DNA of 64,000 nt, taken from contig CAWIXE010000001.1 in NCBI GenBank assembly GCA_963840035.1, positions 288,001-352,000 of the forward strand. Reading direction: 5' to 3'. Source of the stretch: a candidate division FCPU426 bacterium (GTDB taxonomy: Bacteria > Oederibacteriota > PGYV01 > Palsa-1178). Under the pieces are notes generated by a model. The model was given only the letters and a program-made list of their open reading frames with translations. It searched no databases and was not told the origin of the DNA. The position numbers were made by a program, and so were the translations under genes. Within the stretch, counting starts at the first letter, position 1. Every line of letters starts with the position of its first letter. Shown piece after piece: positions 1-10,608 of this stretch.

Positions 1-673
1 CATTCTTTGGTTCAAAATTATCTATTTCCCAGGTGATTTGATAATCTCCTATTTTAGCATTGCCGGGATAGATAACCGCATCGTCCGGCAGATACGATGT
101 AGTTTCAAGATTTGCGCGAAATTTTTTAATCGGGCCCTTCCATAAGGATCCAGTTTTTAGAATAAAACTAAACCAACAATGCCCGCCTTCTCCCGGCCCA
201 CAATTAATGCCCATTTTGAACCTGTGTCTGACTTCTACTGTTTCATTTTCTTTAAAAAATACATCAAATGAATAAAAACGAAGATAATTGCCTCCAATTT
301 TTCTATATTCTTCATAAAACAATTCATCTTTTGGATTGTCGGCAAATTGATCTTGATTTTCAAGTTTTTCGGAATTAATAAGTTTACCATTTATCCATGT
401 CTGAAACTTGCTTATTTCATTAACCTGTCCCCAAGATTCAGGAAATCCCATCTTAACAATTTGTTTCTTTCCATTATTTTTAAACCTATAAAGTACATCT
501 ATATCCCATCCGCTATTTTCTTTTATTTGTAAATCTTCAAGTTCCATTGATATATTATCGTTCCTAATAGGAATAATGTTCCCACCAACATGAGATATCT
601 GAGCATCATCTGCCAATAGAGTATTTGATATAAACAGCAGAGTAATCAAGATAAAAATTAATTTAAAGCGCAT
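1..673 (-). CDS. Exported protein, DUF4424-like; runs off the window edge
   Basis: Not in the ORF track. Translated by hand as MRFKLIFILITLLFISNTLLADDAQISHVGGNIIPIRNDNISME..YRFKN..MGFP..ILKTGSLWKGPI, open to position 1. Signal peptide, G-rich RBS, AT-rich. Confidence 0.7.
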   Translation of the reverse strand, partial: MRFKLIFILITLLFISNTLLADDAQISHVGGNIIPIRNDNISMELEDLQIKENSGWDIDVLYRFKNNGKKQIVKMGFPESWGQVNEISKFQTWINGKLINSEKLENQDQFADNPKDELFYEEYRKIGGNYLRFYSFDVFFKENETVEVRHRFKMGINCGPGEGGHCWFSFILKTGSLWKGPIKKFRANLETTSYLPDDAVIYPGNAKIGDYQITWEIDNFEPKN

Positions 674-996
674 ATAGACCCCCCCCCGAACTAAAATTTT
701 TCAATTATTTTACCTGCATCATGATGAAAACTTATTCTCAATTGTCCCAAAATGTTCTAAAGACATCTCCTATAAAGTTCTATATTTTTACCCTATTACG
801 ATTTAGTGTATAGTGATCCCCTTTTAGCTTTCCATAACAAAACCCTACATCGTGCCTGACTCTAGTCATTATAACAAAATCCTCTTGTTTTATTCATATT
901 TTGTTTAAAAACTCTAAAGTAAAAGTATATTTTCTGTTTTAACTATTTTTCTTTTATAGCCCATATTTGTTTCTGAGCAACATAGCAACCATATAA

Positions 997-1031
997 ACAA
1001 AAAACCGCGGGCTTTCACCCGCGACTTTTTT
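997..1031 (-). terminator. Intrinsic terminator downstream of the DEAD-box gene
   Basis: aaaaaa-ccgcggg-ctttca-cccgcga-cttttt hairpin flanked by A and T tracts. Confidence 0.75.
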
Positions 1032-1069
1032 GATATCAATTGTAAATCGTAAATTGCAAATAGTAAATT

Positions 1070-2731
1070 CTACCTGCCTTTAAAATTCTCCTTGGATTTC
1101 TCCGCAAAAACCTGCACTCCTTTGATTTTCTTACCTTTCAGCGACTGGACCACCTCGTCAACAACTGAAGAGTCAATCTGCACGAAAGTGTACTTGTCAA
1201 AAAGGTCTATGCGGCCTATCTTTTCTCCCCTGACTCCGCTTTCCCCGGTTATGGCGCCCAAAATATCCCTTACCATTATGCCCCTTGCCTTGCCGACGTT
1301 AAAGAAAACCTTTACCATGTTGCCCGAGGGTTCGCGCCTTCCCGGCCTGCGTCCTCCGCCTTCAGAGCCGTACTCTTCGCGCTCGTGCCTTGCCGGAGCG
1401 TTTAAGTCGTTATCAAGCCCTATCTGGGTATCTTCCTCTTCCTTCATCATCATCTTAATAAGCGCGGCCGCTATGTCCATGGAGGACATATCCTCTTCCA
1501 TGAGCTTCTCTATTACCTTTATCTGCGTTTCCAGCCCGCCCGCTTCCACCTGTGACTTTACCTTTTCCATGAATATTTTTATTCTTTTTTCCTCTATGTC
1601 GTCCCTGGAAGGTATTGTGCCCGGCTTGATCTTTATCTTGGCGTACCTCTGTATGTCGCGCAGCTTGTGCATTTCATTTCCGTAAACAAATGTGTATGCC
1701 ATGCCCGATTTTCCGGCCCTGCCTGTCCTTCCTATCCTGTGGACGTAGTATTCTTCGTCGGATGGCACGTCGTAATTTACCACGGCGTCTATGTTGTCCA
1801 CGTCTATGCCGCGGGCGGCCACGTCAGTGGCGATTAATATGTCGCACTTCGCGGCGCGGAATTTCTCCATGACCTTGTCGCGCTGCTGCTGCGTCTTGTC
1901 CCCGTGCAGGCACTCTGAGAGGTATCCGCGCGAGCGCATCTGGTCAGCGAGTTCGTCCACCATCTTTTTGGTATTGCAGAATATCAGGACGGCCTTATAA
2001 TCGTTGGAATCGAGCACGCGTGTCAGAGCCTCAATCTTTTTTCCGTGCTTTATCTCAAAATATACCTGCTCTATGTTCGGCGCTGTCAGCACTTCGTGCG
2101 TTATTTTGACGTACTTCGGGTTCTTCTGGTAGTGCTTTGTCAGGTCCAAAATCGGCTTGGGCATGGTCGCCGAAAAAAGCACTGTCTGCCTGTCCGCCGG
2201 CGCTGATTTTAAAATAAGCTGGATGTCCTCGATAAAACCCATGTTTAACATCTCATCAGCCTCGTCTAGCACCACTATCTTGCATGTGTCGAGTTTGATG
2301 GTGCGCCTTTCTATGTGGTCGATGAGCCTTCCCGGGGTTCCGATTATTATCTGCACTCCCGCCCTCAAGGCGCGGATCTGCCTGTCTATGGGCTGGCCGC
2401 CGTATACAGCCAGGCAGTTAAAGCCCTTTATGTGTTTTCCCAGCTGCCTTATTTCCTCAGCCACCTGAACCGCGAGCTCCCTCGTCGGGCACATTACAAG
2501 CGCCTGAATAAGTTTGGACTTTGAATCCACCATTTCCAGCATTGGTATTCCGAAAGCGGCTGTTTTTCCTGTCCCTGTCTGAGCCTGGCCGATTAAGTCC
2601 ACGCCGGTCTTCATCAAGGGAATTGTCGCTGTCTGTATGTGGGTCGCTTCTTCAAACCCCATGTCAGCTACGGCTTTTAAGATCTCGGGCGATAGGTCTA
2701 AATCTGTAAATTTAAGCTTGGTCATTGTCAT
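1070..2731 (-). CDS. deaD: DEAD-box RNA helicase (DeaD/CshA type) with C-terminal DbpA RNA-binding domain
   Basis: Q motif, GTGKT, PTRELA, TPGR, DEAD, SAT and HRIGRTGR motifs. Start moved to 2731 because of the GAGGT RBS. Confidence 0.93.
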   Translation of the reverse strand: MTMTKLKFTDLDLSPEILKAVADMGFEEATHIQTATIPLMKTGVDLIGQAQTGTGKTAAFGIPMLEMVDSKSKLIQALVMCPTRELAVQVAEEIRQLGKHIKGFNCLAVYGGQPIDRQIRALRAGVQIIIGTPGRLIDHIERRTIKLDTCKIVVLDEADEMLNMGFIEDIQLILKSAPADRQTVLFSATMPKPILDLTKHYQKNPKYVKITHEVLTAPNIEQVYFEIKHGKKIEALTRVLDSNDYKAVLIFCNTKKMVDELADQMRSRGYLSECLHGDKTQQQRDKVMEKFRAAKCDILIATDVAARGIDVDNIDAVVNYDVPSDEEYYVHRIGRTGRAGKSGMAYTFVYGNEMHKLRDIQRYAKIKIKPGTIPSRDDIEEKRIKIFMEKVKSQVEAGGLETQIKVIEKLMEEDMSSMDIAAALIKMMMKEEEDTQIGLDNDLNAPARHEREEYGSEGGGRRPGRREPSGNMVKVFFNVGKARGIMVRDILGAITGESGVRGEKIGRIDLFDKYTFVQIDSSVVDEVVQSLKGKKIKGVQVFAEKSKENFKGR

Positions 2732-2971
2732 GGTTGCCTTACCTCGTTTGTATGGGCATATAAATATGTCCAAAAGTTTTTGTGATTTGTTTTTGCGGTA
2801 ATTGCTTTTGCAGGGTATTTCTCACCTGTTTTAAAGTAACTCACCGGGCGCTTATAATGCCGCCCACACCTAAATCACACGGCCGGGGGGTACCCGGCAG
2901 AATTTCTCACAAGGGTATTATTGCATTATGGAGGGCTATTTGCAAGGGGTATCTAAGGTTTTAATGTACTT

Positions 2972-3068
2972 TTCCCTTAACCCTAAACCCTTACCCTTAT
3001 CCTTAGTTATTGGAACTGGCTCAAGGTCCAAAGGCTGAGGATAAGGGTAAGGGTTTAGGGTTAAGGAA
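2972..3068. repeat. Long inverted repeat built of telomere-like CCCTTA/CCCTAAA units
   Basis: ttcccttaaccctaaacccttacccttatcct ... aggataagggtaagggtttagggttaaggaa. Confidence 0.85.
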
Positions 3069-3073
3069 ATCCG

Positions 3074-3955
3074 CTACGCCGAATCCCTCTTTATCAGTTT
3101 TGCCTCAAGTATTCTTCCGCATATTTTTACGCTTTTCTCATTGATCAGATTATTAAGTATGCTTACCGCTTCCCTTCCCATGCCTTCAATTGGCTGGCTT
3201 ATGGTCGTAAGCGCCGGCGTTACCGCGTCAGCCATTTCCACATCGTCAAACCCGATTATGGCAATGTCCTCAGGTACGCGCACCCCGTGGGATTTTGCCT
3301 CTATCATAAACCCTATTGCTGCCATATCGCCGGCCACGCTGAATATAGAGTCAATTTTTTTCATTTTATTCTCATATTTATCCGCGCATTCCCTTCCGTT
3401 TTCTATTGTATGGACTTTTACCCTGCCGACAAGCGCCGGGTCTGGCTTAATGGAATATTTTTTCAGGGCGTCAAGGAATCCGCACAGCCTCTTATGCGAG
3501 GCTGAATTCACGTCATCCGCCTGCATGTCCGATATTATTCCCGGTTTTTTATACCCCTGCCCCGCCAGGTACTCGCCCGCAAGGAATCCGCCCGCGTAAT
3601 TGTCAACCGTTACGGAACACAGCCCTTTTGCCTCGCGTTCGATAAGCACAACGGGGATTTTGCGTTTGAGGATTTTTTTAATATGCGTTTCAGGAAGGGA
3701 CATACTGGCCATTATTATTCCGTGCATCCTGTTGTTGCGCATGACAGAATCAACTTCATCAAGGATATCCTCCGGGTTCATGGAACGCGGGGATGTGTAT
3801 ATGATGGAATTTTTTTTCCAGCCCAGCTCACAAGCGCGCGCATCCACCCCGCGCGCCACAGTGGACATAAAAATAGACCCCACCCTCGCGCTTATAAACG
3901 CGATGACAGGGTTTTCGCAGGTTTTTCCTCTTTTGTTTTGGCCCGTTGATTTCAT
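3074..3955 (-). CDS. LacI/PurR-type ligand-binding domain protein with no N-terminal HTH
   Basis: VDNYAGG, RLCGF, VPEDIAIIGFDD, PALTTISQP and LIKRDS motifs. Only about 15 residues precede the first beta strand. Confidence 0.85.
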   Translation of the reverse strand: MKSTGQNKRGKTCENPVIAFISARVGSIFMSTVARGVDARACELGWKKNSIIYTSPRSMNPEDILDEVDSVMRNNRMHGIIMASMSLPETHIKKILKRKIPVVLIEREAKGLCSVTVDNYAGGFLAGEYLAGQGYKKPGIISDMQADDVNSASHKRLCGFLDALKKYSIKPDPALVGRVKVHTIENGRECADKYENKMKKIDSIFSVAGDMAAIGFMIEAKSHGVRVPEDIAIIGFDDVEMADAVTPALTTISQPIEGMGREAVSILNNLINEKSVKICGRILEAKLIKRDSA

Positions 3956-4067
3956 TATGTATCCCTTTTAGTCATACACTAATTATACCATATAACCGAA
4001 GATAATCAATTTTGATGCTACCTTTATTTTAAATTATATAGTGTAAATAATATACCGAACTTTTATT

Positions 4068-4158
4068 CCCTCTCCCCTTGGGAGAGGGGTAGGGGTGAGG
4101 GGAACAAAACAAAGCTCATTACCCCTCATCCTGACCTTCTCCCAAGGGGAGAAGGAAA
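4068..4158. repeat. CCCTCTCC..GGAGAGGG palindromic element
   Basis: ccctctccccttgggagaggggtaggggtgagggg...cccctcatcctgaccttctcccaagggggagaagg; related copies at 17644 and 38815-39150. Confidence 0.8.
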
Positions 4159-4183
4159 TAATCGTATTAATTTACAGCGCACT

Positions 4184-6187
4184 TCAGAACTTGTATTTTT
4201 TCTTCTTCATCTTCCTTACCCCGCCGTCCTTTATATCCTCTATCTTGTCGCGGAGTTTCGCGGCTTCCTCAAAGTTCAAAGCCTTGGCGTGCTTTATCAT
4301 GTCGCCTTCCATCTGCCTGATCAAGTCTTCCGTGTCCTTATAGCGGTATTCCGAGTCTTCTTCAAGGAGCGGCACGGTAAAATAATCCATCTCATAAACG
4401 CTTCCCATTATCTTTTTTATTTCCTTTTTGATTGAAACCGGCGTTATGTTGTTCTCCTTGTTGTACGCGGTCTGCTTTTCCCTTCTGCGGTTCGTCTCCC
4501 CTATGGCTTTTTCCATGGAGTCCGTGATTTTATCCGCGTACATTATTACCTTTCCCTCCACGTTCCTAGCGGCCCTTCCCGTGGTCTGGATGAGCGCCGT
4601 TGCGGAGCGCAGGAACCCTTCCTTGTCGGCGTCTAAAATAGCCACAAGCGATACTTCAGGGATGTCGAGGCCTTCCCTCAAAAGGTTAATGCCGATTAAA
4701 GCCGTGAATTTGCCTTCGCGCAGCTCCCTTATTATCTGGATCCTTTCCAGCGTGTCTATATCCGAATGTAGGTAACGGCATTTCACGTTCCTGTCCTTTA
4801 AAAAAGCCGCAAGGCTCTCCGCCATCTTTTTGGTCAGCACCGTGACCAGCACGCGCTCATTTTTTTCCGCGCGGATTTTTATCTCGGCGGTTATGTCGTC
4901 CACCTGGCCTTTGACAGGCTTTACGATAATGACAGGATCCACAAGACCGGTTGGCCTGACTATCTGCTCCGCTATGTTCTTTTTTCCGGACAGGTTCGTC
5001 TCATATTCGTTGGGCGTAGCCGATACAAAAACCACCTGGTTGAGTTTTTTCTCAAATTCGTCATACTTCAGCGGCCTGTTGTCGTACGCTGCCGGAAGCC
5101 TGAACCCGTAATCCACCAGGTTTTTCTTCCTGGAAAAATCGCCGGCGTACATGCCATGGAACTGCGGCAGGGTCACGTGCGATTCGTCTATGAACATCAG
5201 GTAGTCTTTCGGGAAATAGTCCAGAAGGGTGTAAGGCGCTGTTCCCGCTTTCCTTCCTTCAAGTATCCTTGAATAATTCTCTATGCCTTTGCAGTAACCC
5301 ATCTCTTCAAGCATTTCTATGTCATAGTTTGTGCGGGCTTTAAGCCTTTCATATTCCACGGGCCTTCCCTCGAGTTCCTTCAGCCTCACATCAAGCTCCG
5401 CCTGTATCTGTTTTATCCCCTTTTTAAGCATGTCCTCGGGCATGACATAGTGAGTGGCCGGGTAAATAGCTGTTTTATTCATCCCTGCTATGGTGTTTTT
5501 GCTTATGGGGTCTATCTCCGTTATTTTTTCCAGCGTGTCGCCAAAAAATTCAAGCCGTATGGCCGTGACCGAGTACGCGGGGAATATTTCCACTATGTCG
5601 CCTTTAACCCTGAATATACCCTGTGAGAACTCGAACTCATTGCGCTTATACTGCAGGGCCACAAGCCTTGTGGCTATCTCGTTTATGGATATTTTATCGC
5701 CTGCCTCCAGGTACAGCCTCAGCTGGCGCGTGTATTCGGGCGAGCCCACGCCGTATATGCACGAGACGCTGGCCACTATGATGACATCTTTTCTCGTTAA
5801 AAGCTTATGAGTGGCGGAAAGCCTCAATCTCTCAAGTTCGTCATTTATAGCGGAGTCTTTCTCTATGTACATGTCCCTGTGGGGTATGTATGCCTCAGGC
5901 TGGTAATAATCGTAGTAGGAGACAAAATATTCCACGGCGTTCTCGGGAAAAAATTCCTTAAACTCCATATAAAGCTGCGCCGCGAGGGTCTTGTTGTGGG
6001 ATATGACTATGGAAGGCCTGTTTATCTTTTCAATTATTTTTGCCATGGTAAAAGTCTTGCCGGAGCCTGTAACACCGAGCAGGGTCTGAAATTTTTGGTT
6101 ATCCTCTATGCCGCGCGCAAGCTGCGCAATGGCTGCAGGCTGGTCCCCCGCGGGCTGGTATTTGGTGTTTATTTTGAATTTATCCAT
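4184..6187 (-). CDS. uvrB: Excinuclease ABC subunit B
   Basis: [28 protein letters not shown] motifs and a C-terminal UVR domain. Confidence 0.97.
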   Translation of the reverse strand: MDKFKINTKYQPAGDQPAAIAQLARGIEDNQKFQTLLGVTGSGKTFTMAKIIEKINRPSIVISHNKTLAAQLYMEFKEFFPENAVEYFVSYYDYYQPEAYIPHRDMYIEKDSAINDELERLRLSATHKLLTRKDVIIVASVSCIYGVGSPEYTRQLRLYLEAGDKISINEIATRLVALQYKRNEFEFSQGIFRVKGDIVEIFPAYSVTAIRLEFFGDTLEKITEIDPISKNTIAGMNKTAIYPATHYVMPEDMLKKGIKQIQAELDVRLKELEGRPVEYERLKARTNYDIEMLEEMGYCKGIENYSRILEGRKAGTAPYTLLDYFPKDYLMFIDESHVTLPQFHGMYAGDFSRKKNLVDYGFRLPAAYDNRPLKYDEFEKKLNQVVFVSATPNEYETNLSGKKNIAEQIVRPTGLVDPVIIVKPVKGQVDDITAEIKIRAEKNERVLVTVLTKKMAESLAAFLKDRNVKCRYLHSDIDTLERIQIIRELREGKFTALIGINLLREGLDIPEVSLVAILDADKEGFLRSATALIQTTGRAARNVEGKVIMYADKITDSMEKAIGETNRRREKQTAYNKENNITPVSIKKEIKKIMGSVYEMDYFTVPLLEEDSEYRYKDTEDLIRQMEGDMIKHAKALNFEEAAKLRDKIEDIKDGGVRKMKKKKYKF

Positions 6188-6266
6188 AGGTTGTCCTTTG
6201 AAGTCCGTAATATAATAGAAAGCGCACCGCGAACCTTTATTAGTAATTGGTAATTAGAAGTTATTT

Positions 6267-7928
6267 TTACCCCTGCCGTTTAGAAATCTCCGTGGCTATG
6301 TTCTTTACTTCCCCGTTGTTGGGGTATTTTTCCGCCAGCGCGTTGTATATCTTCATCGCGTCCTTGTAAGCGCCCTGGTTTATGTAAATGAACGACATTG
6401 TAATGAGCGAATCCAGAGTGTCTTCATTGACCAGTATTTTTTCTTCCTTTTCCTGGTGCCTTTCCACGGGCCTTTCAGCCTCGCCTATGTCATCCAATAT
6501 TTCCTCTGTTTTGGGTTCCGGCAAGTACTCCGCCTTGGGCGCCGGCTGCGCTTTTGCCGCGCTTAAGTCCGGAAAAACAGGCGGCGCCTCCCGCTTTATT
6601 TCCTGCGGCCCGGCAGCTTTGTGCGTCTGTGCCGCTGCCTGGGCAGCCTGCACGGATTTTATTTCCTTTGAAGTGTCATCAAACATTTTTTCCATGGCTT
6701 CCCTGCCGTTTTCCTCGGAGGGGCCGACTTTGGGGGTTTCATAGGCTTTTTTCAAAGTGTCCATCAGGTTTGCCGTGGAAGCCGGCTTCCTGTCAAAAAA
6801 ATCAGACGCCGGTTCCGGCTCTGCCGGTTTTGGCTGTGAGAGCTGCTGCTTTTGCTGCATGGCGAGTTTTGTCTGCTCCACTATCGAATCTTTCTGCTTT
6901 TTGAATTTATCTATGGCTTCCCTTTTTAACTTTTCAAGCAGTTCCCTTTTCTTTTCTTCCTGTTCCTTCATTATGCGCTGGACTTCGTCTTCCTTGAGCT
7001 TCTCGTTTTTCTGCGCCTCGTCGAGTTTTGCCTTAAGCTCCACTGCCGCTGCCTGTATGATGGCCATTTCCTTTTCCTCATATTCCTTCTGTATCTTTTC
7101 GTCCTCGTCTAGCATGAGCCTGGCGCGGTCTTCCTCTTCCTTCATTATCTGCGCCTGCCGCTCTTCAAGTGCCTTTCTTTTGGCCTCTTCAAGCTTGCCC
7201 GCCGGGTTTTTATCGACTTTATTCCAGACTTTCTCGCCGGCATTGCCTCCGGCTATCCTGACATATACGGCGTGCAGTTTTGCCCTTAACTCTTCGTTTC
7301 CCGGCGCGAGCTTAAGCGCCGTGATGTAAGTTTCGACCGCCCCGTCAAAATCCCCGTTGTTCATATAGTTCTGCGCCATCTTGTCGAATTTATTTATGAG
7401 GTCTTTTTGCGTGTCCTGCGGCTCGCTGGATTTTTTCATCTCTTCCTGCTTGCGGGTGCGGTTTACGAACGCGGACTCATCGTCGTTTAGTTCCTTTATT
7501 TTTATGTTAACCGGGTGTTCGTCGCTGTTGAATTCCTGGATGGACTCATATATGGCGCGCGCGTCGGCGTACTCATGGTTTGCCGCTTTTCTTTCAGCTT
7601 CCTTCATGAGGCTGCGCAGCGAATTTTTCAGGCGTGTCTTTATCCGCTGGTCATCGGGAAAATTCTTAAGTATTTTTTTGGCGAGGCGGAGGATCTTTTC
7701 GTAATGCCCTTTCTTTTCCAGCAGCATGAGGGTATCCGCGTAGGCTTCGAGCGCCTTGTCCTTTAAGTCCGCTTTAAAGTACGTGTCCGAGAGCATATTA
7801 AGGACATTAAAATCCTCAGTGTCGTCCTTATATATTTTTTCATAAAGGCCGATGGCTTTCCTGTACTCTTTGTTCTGGTAATACCCGTAAGCCAGTTTTA
7901 TGTGGAGTTTCTTTTCCTCTGCGTCCAT
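6267..7928 (-). CDS. TPR-repeat / coiled-coil protein
   Basis: TPR-like helices at the N-terminus, middle and C-terminus around a long E/K-rich coiled coil. Confidence 0.75.
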   Translation of the reverse strand: MDAEEKKLHIKLAYGYYQNKEYRKAIGLYEKIYKDDTEDFNVLNMLSDTYFKADLKDKALEAYADTLMLLEKKGHYEKILRLAKKILKNFPDDQRIKTRLKNSLRSLMKEAERKAANHEYADARAIYESIQEFNSDEHPVNIKIKELNDDESAFVNRTRKQEEMKKSSEPQDTQKDLINKFDKMAQNYMNNGDFDGAVETYITALKLAPGNEELRAKLHAVYVRIAGGNAGEKVWNKVDKNPAGKLEEAKRKALEERQAQIMKEEEDRARLMLDEDEKIQKEYEEKEMAIIQAAAVELKAKLDEAQKNEKLKEDEVQRIMKEQEEKKRELLEKLKREAIDKFKKQKDSIVEQTKLAMQQKQQLSQPKPAEPEPASDFFDRKPASTANLMDTLKKAYETPKVGPSEENGREAMEKMFDDTSKEIKSVQAAQAAAQTHKAAGPQEIKREAPPVFPDLSAAKAQPAPKAEYLPEPKTEEILDDIGEAERPVERHQEKEEKILVNEDTLDSLITMSFIYINQGAYKDAMKIYNALAEKYPNNGEVKNIATEISKRQG

Positions 7929-8001
7929 TATTGCTCCTGAAATGCCGATATTTATGCGATTTAATTATAATATCCGCTGTTGATAAAAGCAACGGTTTTT
8001 T

Positions 8002-8078
8002 GTAATTGAAGATTGTTGATTGAAGATTAAGGATCTTGGACCATTAATCCGCAATCTTCAATCAACAATCTTCAATCC
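8002..8078. repeat. Heptamer-periodic inverted array (TGAAGAT/ATCTTCA)
   Basis: attgaagattgttgattgaagatt ... aatcttcaatcaacaatcttcaat. Confidence 0.8.
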
Positions 8079-8088
8079 AACCTGCATC

Positions 8089-10413
8089 CTACTTTGTAAG
8101 CAGCTCCACTTCCACCCTTCTGCCCGACTTTTCTATCTCATCCCTTGCGGCCTGGTCGGCGTATTCGCCGTCGCCGTAGCCTATTATATAAATATTATCT
8201 TCAGAGACGCCCTGGGCGGTAAACAGGTAGTCCTTTACAGCCTCCGCCCTTTCTATGGAAAGCTTCAGGTTCTCTTCGGGGCTTCCCGCGTCCGTCGCGT
8301 AACCTTTAATGAAGAGGAAATAGTCCTTCGCGAATTTTTTTACCGCTTCAGACGCCTGGTTTAAATATCCGTATTCGGAAACCGGCAATGACTTGCTGTT
8401 TTTATCGAAATCTATGGCAGCCAGTGTGAGTTCAATTCCGGCGTCCTTGAATTCAGGCAGCGCCGACTGTACTAAACCGTCTTTTTCGCTTGTTATCTCG
8501 TTTTTCTGGTACGCGGTTATTGCGTACCTGTAAGTGGACCCTGCCCTTACATAAACGCTCTTTTCATCCGTACCGTCCCATGTAAGGCTTTTTACCGTGA
8601 CCGGCCTGTTCCTGTAACTTTTAATCACCCTGTTATTCTTTCCGTATATCTCCAGGTCCCAGTACTTCACCCTTTCAGGCGAATTAAATGACGGACTGAA
8701 AACAACGGATTCTTTTCCTGCCTTGAAAATTATATTGGCCACCTTTACCCCGACTTTTGTAATTGCGGTATCGATTGTAAAGGCTTCAGCCATGGCGTAA
8801 ACGTTCCCCGCGTAATCTTCCATGGAAATATACGCGTCGTACGCCCCGTCCTTAACGGCGTTATCCAGGGCGTCCTTTCCTCCCCATGAAAGCTTTCCCG
8901 TATACCCGTCGCCGGACATTTTTCTCAATGCCCGCCCTTCGGCGTCGCGGATGGTCAGCGTCCATGATTTTATATCGGAAGCCCTTGTTTTTATATCCAT
9001 GGTCAGTTCATTTATCCTGCTTGTTTTGACAGGCGCGAAAACCTTGGGGTAAAGCACCACGTCAAATGAAGGCGGTGTCGCGTCCACGGTGATAACCTTG
9101 GCTTTCCTCCACGCTGTTTTTCCGTTTATATTTACAGCCAGCTGCGCTATATAATCCCCGTCTTTTGCCGTGACTCCCGGGGATGTTTCCCCGTTCCACG
9201 TAAATGACTGCGCGAGCACTGATGCTCCCTTTTCCTGTTTTACCTGGTTGCCGGCGGCGTCAAGTATGTCAAATACCCATTCTATGCCCTGCGGGTCAGC
9301 CGGTTTATTCTTCAGGTTAAATACCGCTTCCTTATACCTGCTTTCCTTGGACGTTGAGAGGTATTTCTGTGACGGTATGAGATCCATGTTTTTATAAATT
9401 TCAGAAACTGTTTCGAGTTCCCCGGGTTTTACGGCGATTATCTTTTTCTCTTCCTCAATTATCACAGGCGGCCTGTACCCTGTCTTATCCCTGTTTCCGA
9501 AGAAATATGATATATCAAGTTTATGCGTGTCTCCCAGGCTGTTTACTCCCGGCATATAAACATAATCCAGGACAAAGTCTTCCCTGCCGTACGATATTCC
9601 CGCTGTGAATTTATGGTTAGGGTTAAGCGCTTCCCTCCAGAAAAAACCGGCCCTGAAACCGAAATTGCCTATGGCCCTGCTTAAGAACCATTTTTCCCCG
9701 CCAATGTGAACCCCTGCCCTGCTGTGGTTCATTCCTTCGTTTGCCTGCAGAAGGTCAATATCCATGTCAATGACCGCTGTTTTATCAAAGGCATATGACG
9801 CTCCCATCTTAAAAAGCAGCGGCACCCTCTGCCTGACTCCGTTGTCCCACGCGATCACAGCTTCAAGGTCCTGCGCGAGAAACCCGAATTTAATTTTTTT
9901 CTCCAGGAAATCGGGGAAGACCATTACCCCGATGTCGAGGCTGCTGCCGCGGCCGGAAGCCAGGCCGTTGCTTAGTCCCGTGTTTATGAATTTAATATTC
10001 GCGCCCAGGGCGTACGTTCTGGAATCTTCCAGATACCCGGCGGCTGTCAGATACAGGATATCATCGGAGTATTTGGAGGATGAGTACATGCCCTTAAAAT
10101 ACGTGGCTGAAACCGTCATGGAATCAAAAAGCGGGTGGGTGTAGTTTATTCCGAAATCATATTCTTTGCCCTTAAATACGGAATCATAGGAAACGTTTAC
10201 GTTCATCCTGTCCACAAGCACAAGCCCGGCAGGATTCCAAAAATACGCGGAATAATCGTCGGCAACGGCAGTAAAAGCGCCGCCCATTCCGGCTGCCCTG
10301 GCCCCGGCGCCCTTTGAAATATCATCCTTAATGACGCCGCCGAAAATGGCATATGGAAGTAATAAAACCAGTATGAGTATTGCAAACTGTTTTCCCTTTA
10401 ATTTGGTTGTCAT
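8089..10413 (-). CDS. PorV/PorQ-like beta-barrel fused to FlgD-Ig-like domains and a C-terminal OmpA domain
   Basis: GARAAGMGGAFTAVADDYSAYFWNPAGL. Three W(D/N/G)G..DG.Y-like Ig repeats. OmpA motifs NLKLSIERAEAV and RRVEV. Confidence 0.8.
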   Translation of the reverse strand: MTTKLKGKQFAILILVLLLPYAIFGGVIKDDISKGAGARAAGMGGAFTAVADDYSAYFWNPAGLVLVDRMNVNVSYDSVFKGKEYDFGINYTHPLFDSMTVSATYFKGMYSSSKYSDDILYLTAAGYLEDSRTYALGANIKFINTGLSNGLASGRGSSLDIGVMVFPDFLEKKIKFGFLAQDLEAVIAWDNGVRQRVPLLFKMGASYAFDKTAVIDMDIDLLQANEGMNHSRAGVHIGGEKWFLSRAIGNFGFRAGFFWREALNPNHKFTAGISYGREDFVLDYVYMPGVNSLGDTHKLDISYFFGNRDKTGYRPPVIIEEEKKIIAVKPGELETVSEIYKNMDLIPSQKYLSTSKESRYKEAVFNLKNKPADPQGIEWVFDILDAAGNQVKQEKGASVLAQSFTWNGETSPGVTAKDGDYIAQLAVNINGKTAWRKAKVITVDATPPSFDVVLYPKVFAPVKTSRINELTMDIKTRASDIKSWTLTIRDAEGRALRKMSGDGYTGKLSWGGKDALDNAVKDGAYDAYISMEDYAGNVYAMAEAFTIDTAITKVGVKVANIIFKAGKESVVFSPSFNSPERVKYWDLEIYGKNNRVIKSYRNRPVTVKSLTWDGTDEKSVYVRAGSTYRYAITAYQKNEITSEKDGLVQSALPEFKDAGIELTLAAIDFDKNSKSLPVSEYGYLNQASEAVKKFAKDYFLFIKGYATDAGSPEENLKLSIERAEAVKDYLFTAQGVSEDNIYIIGYGDGEYADQAARDEIEKSGRRVEVELLTK

Positions 10414-10557
10414 AAGGATAATTATAGGCTAAAACATGGTGAAAAACAAGGGGGGAGAGGTGGGAAAGAGAAAGAGGAAGGAGATAAGAGATAGGAGTAG
10501 ATCAAATACAAAGCAAGCAACACTCCTGTCTCCTTTCTCCTTCCTTTTGTCTCCATT

Positions 10558-10598
10558 AAACAAAAAAGCCCGGGCTACTGCCCGGGCTTTTTTGTTTA
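10558..10598. terminator. Intrinsic terminator after HU (symmetric)
   Basis: aaacaaaaaagcccggg-ctactg-cccgggcttttttgttt. Confidence 0.85.
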
Positions 10599-10608
10599 AT
10601 GCTATTGT

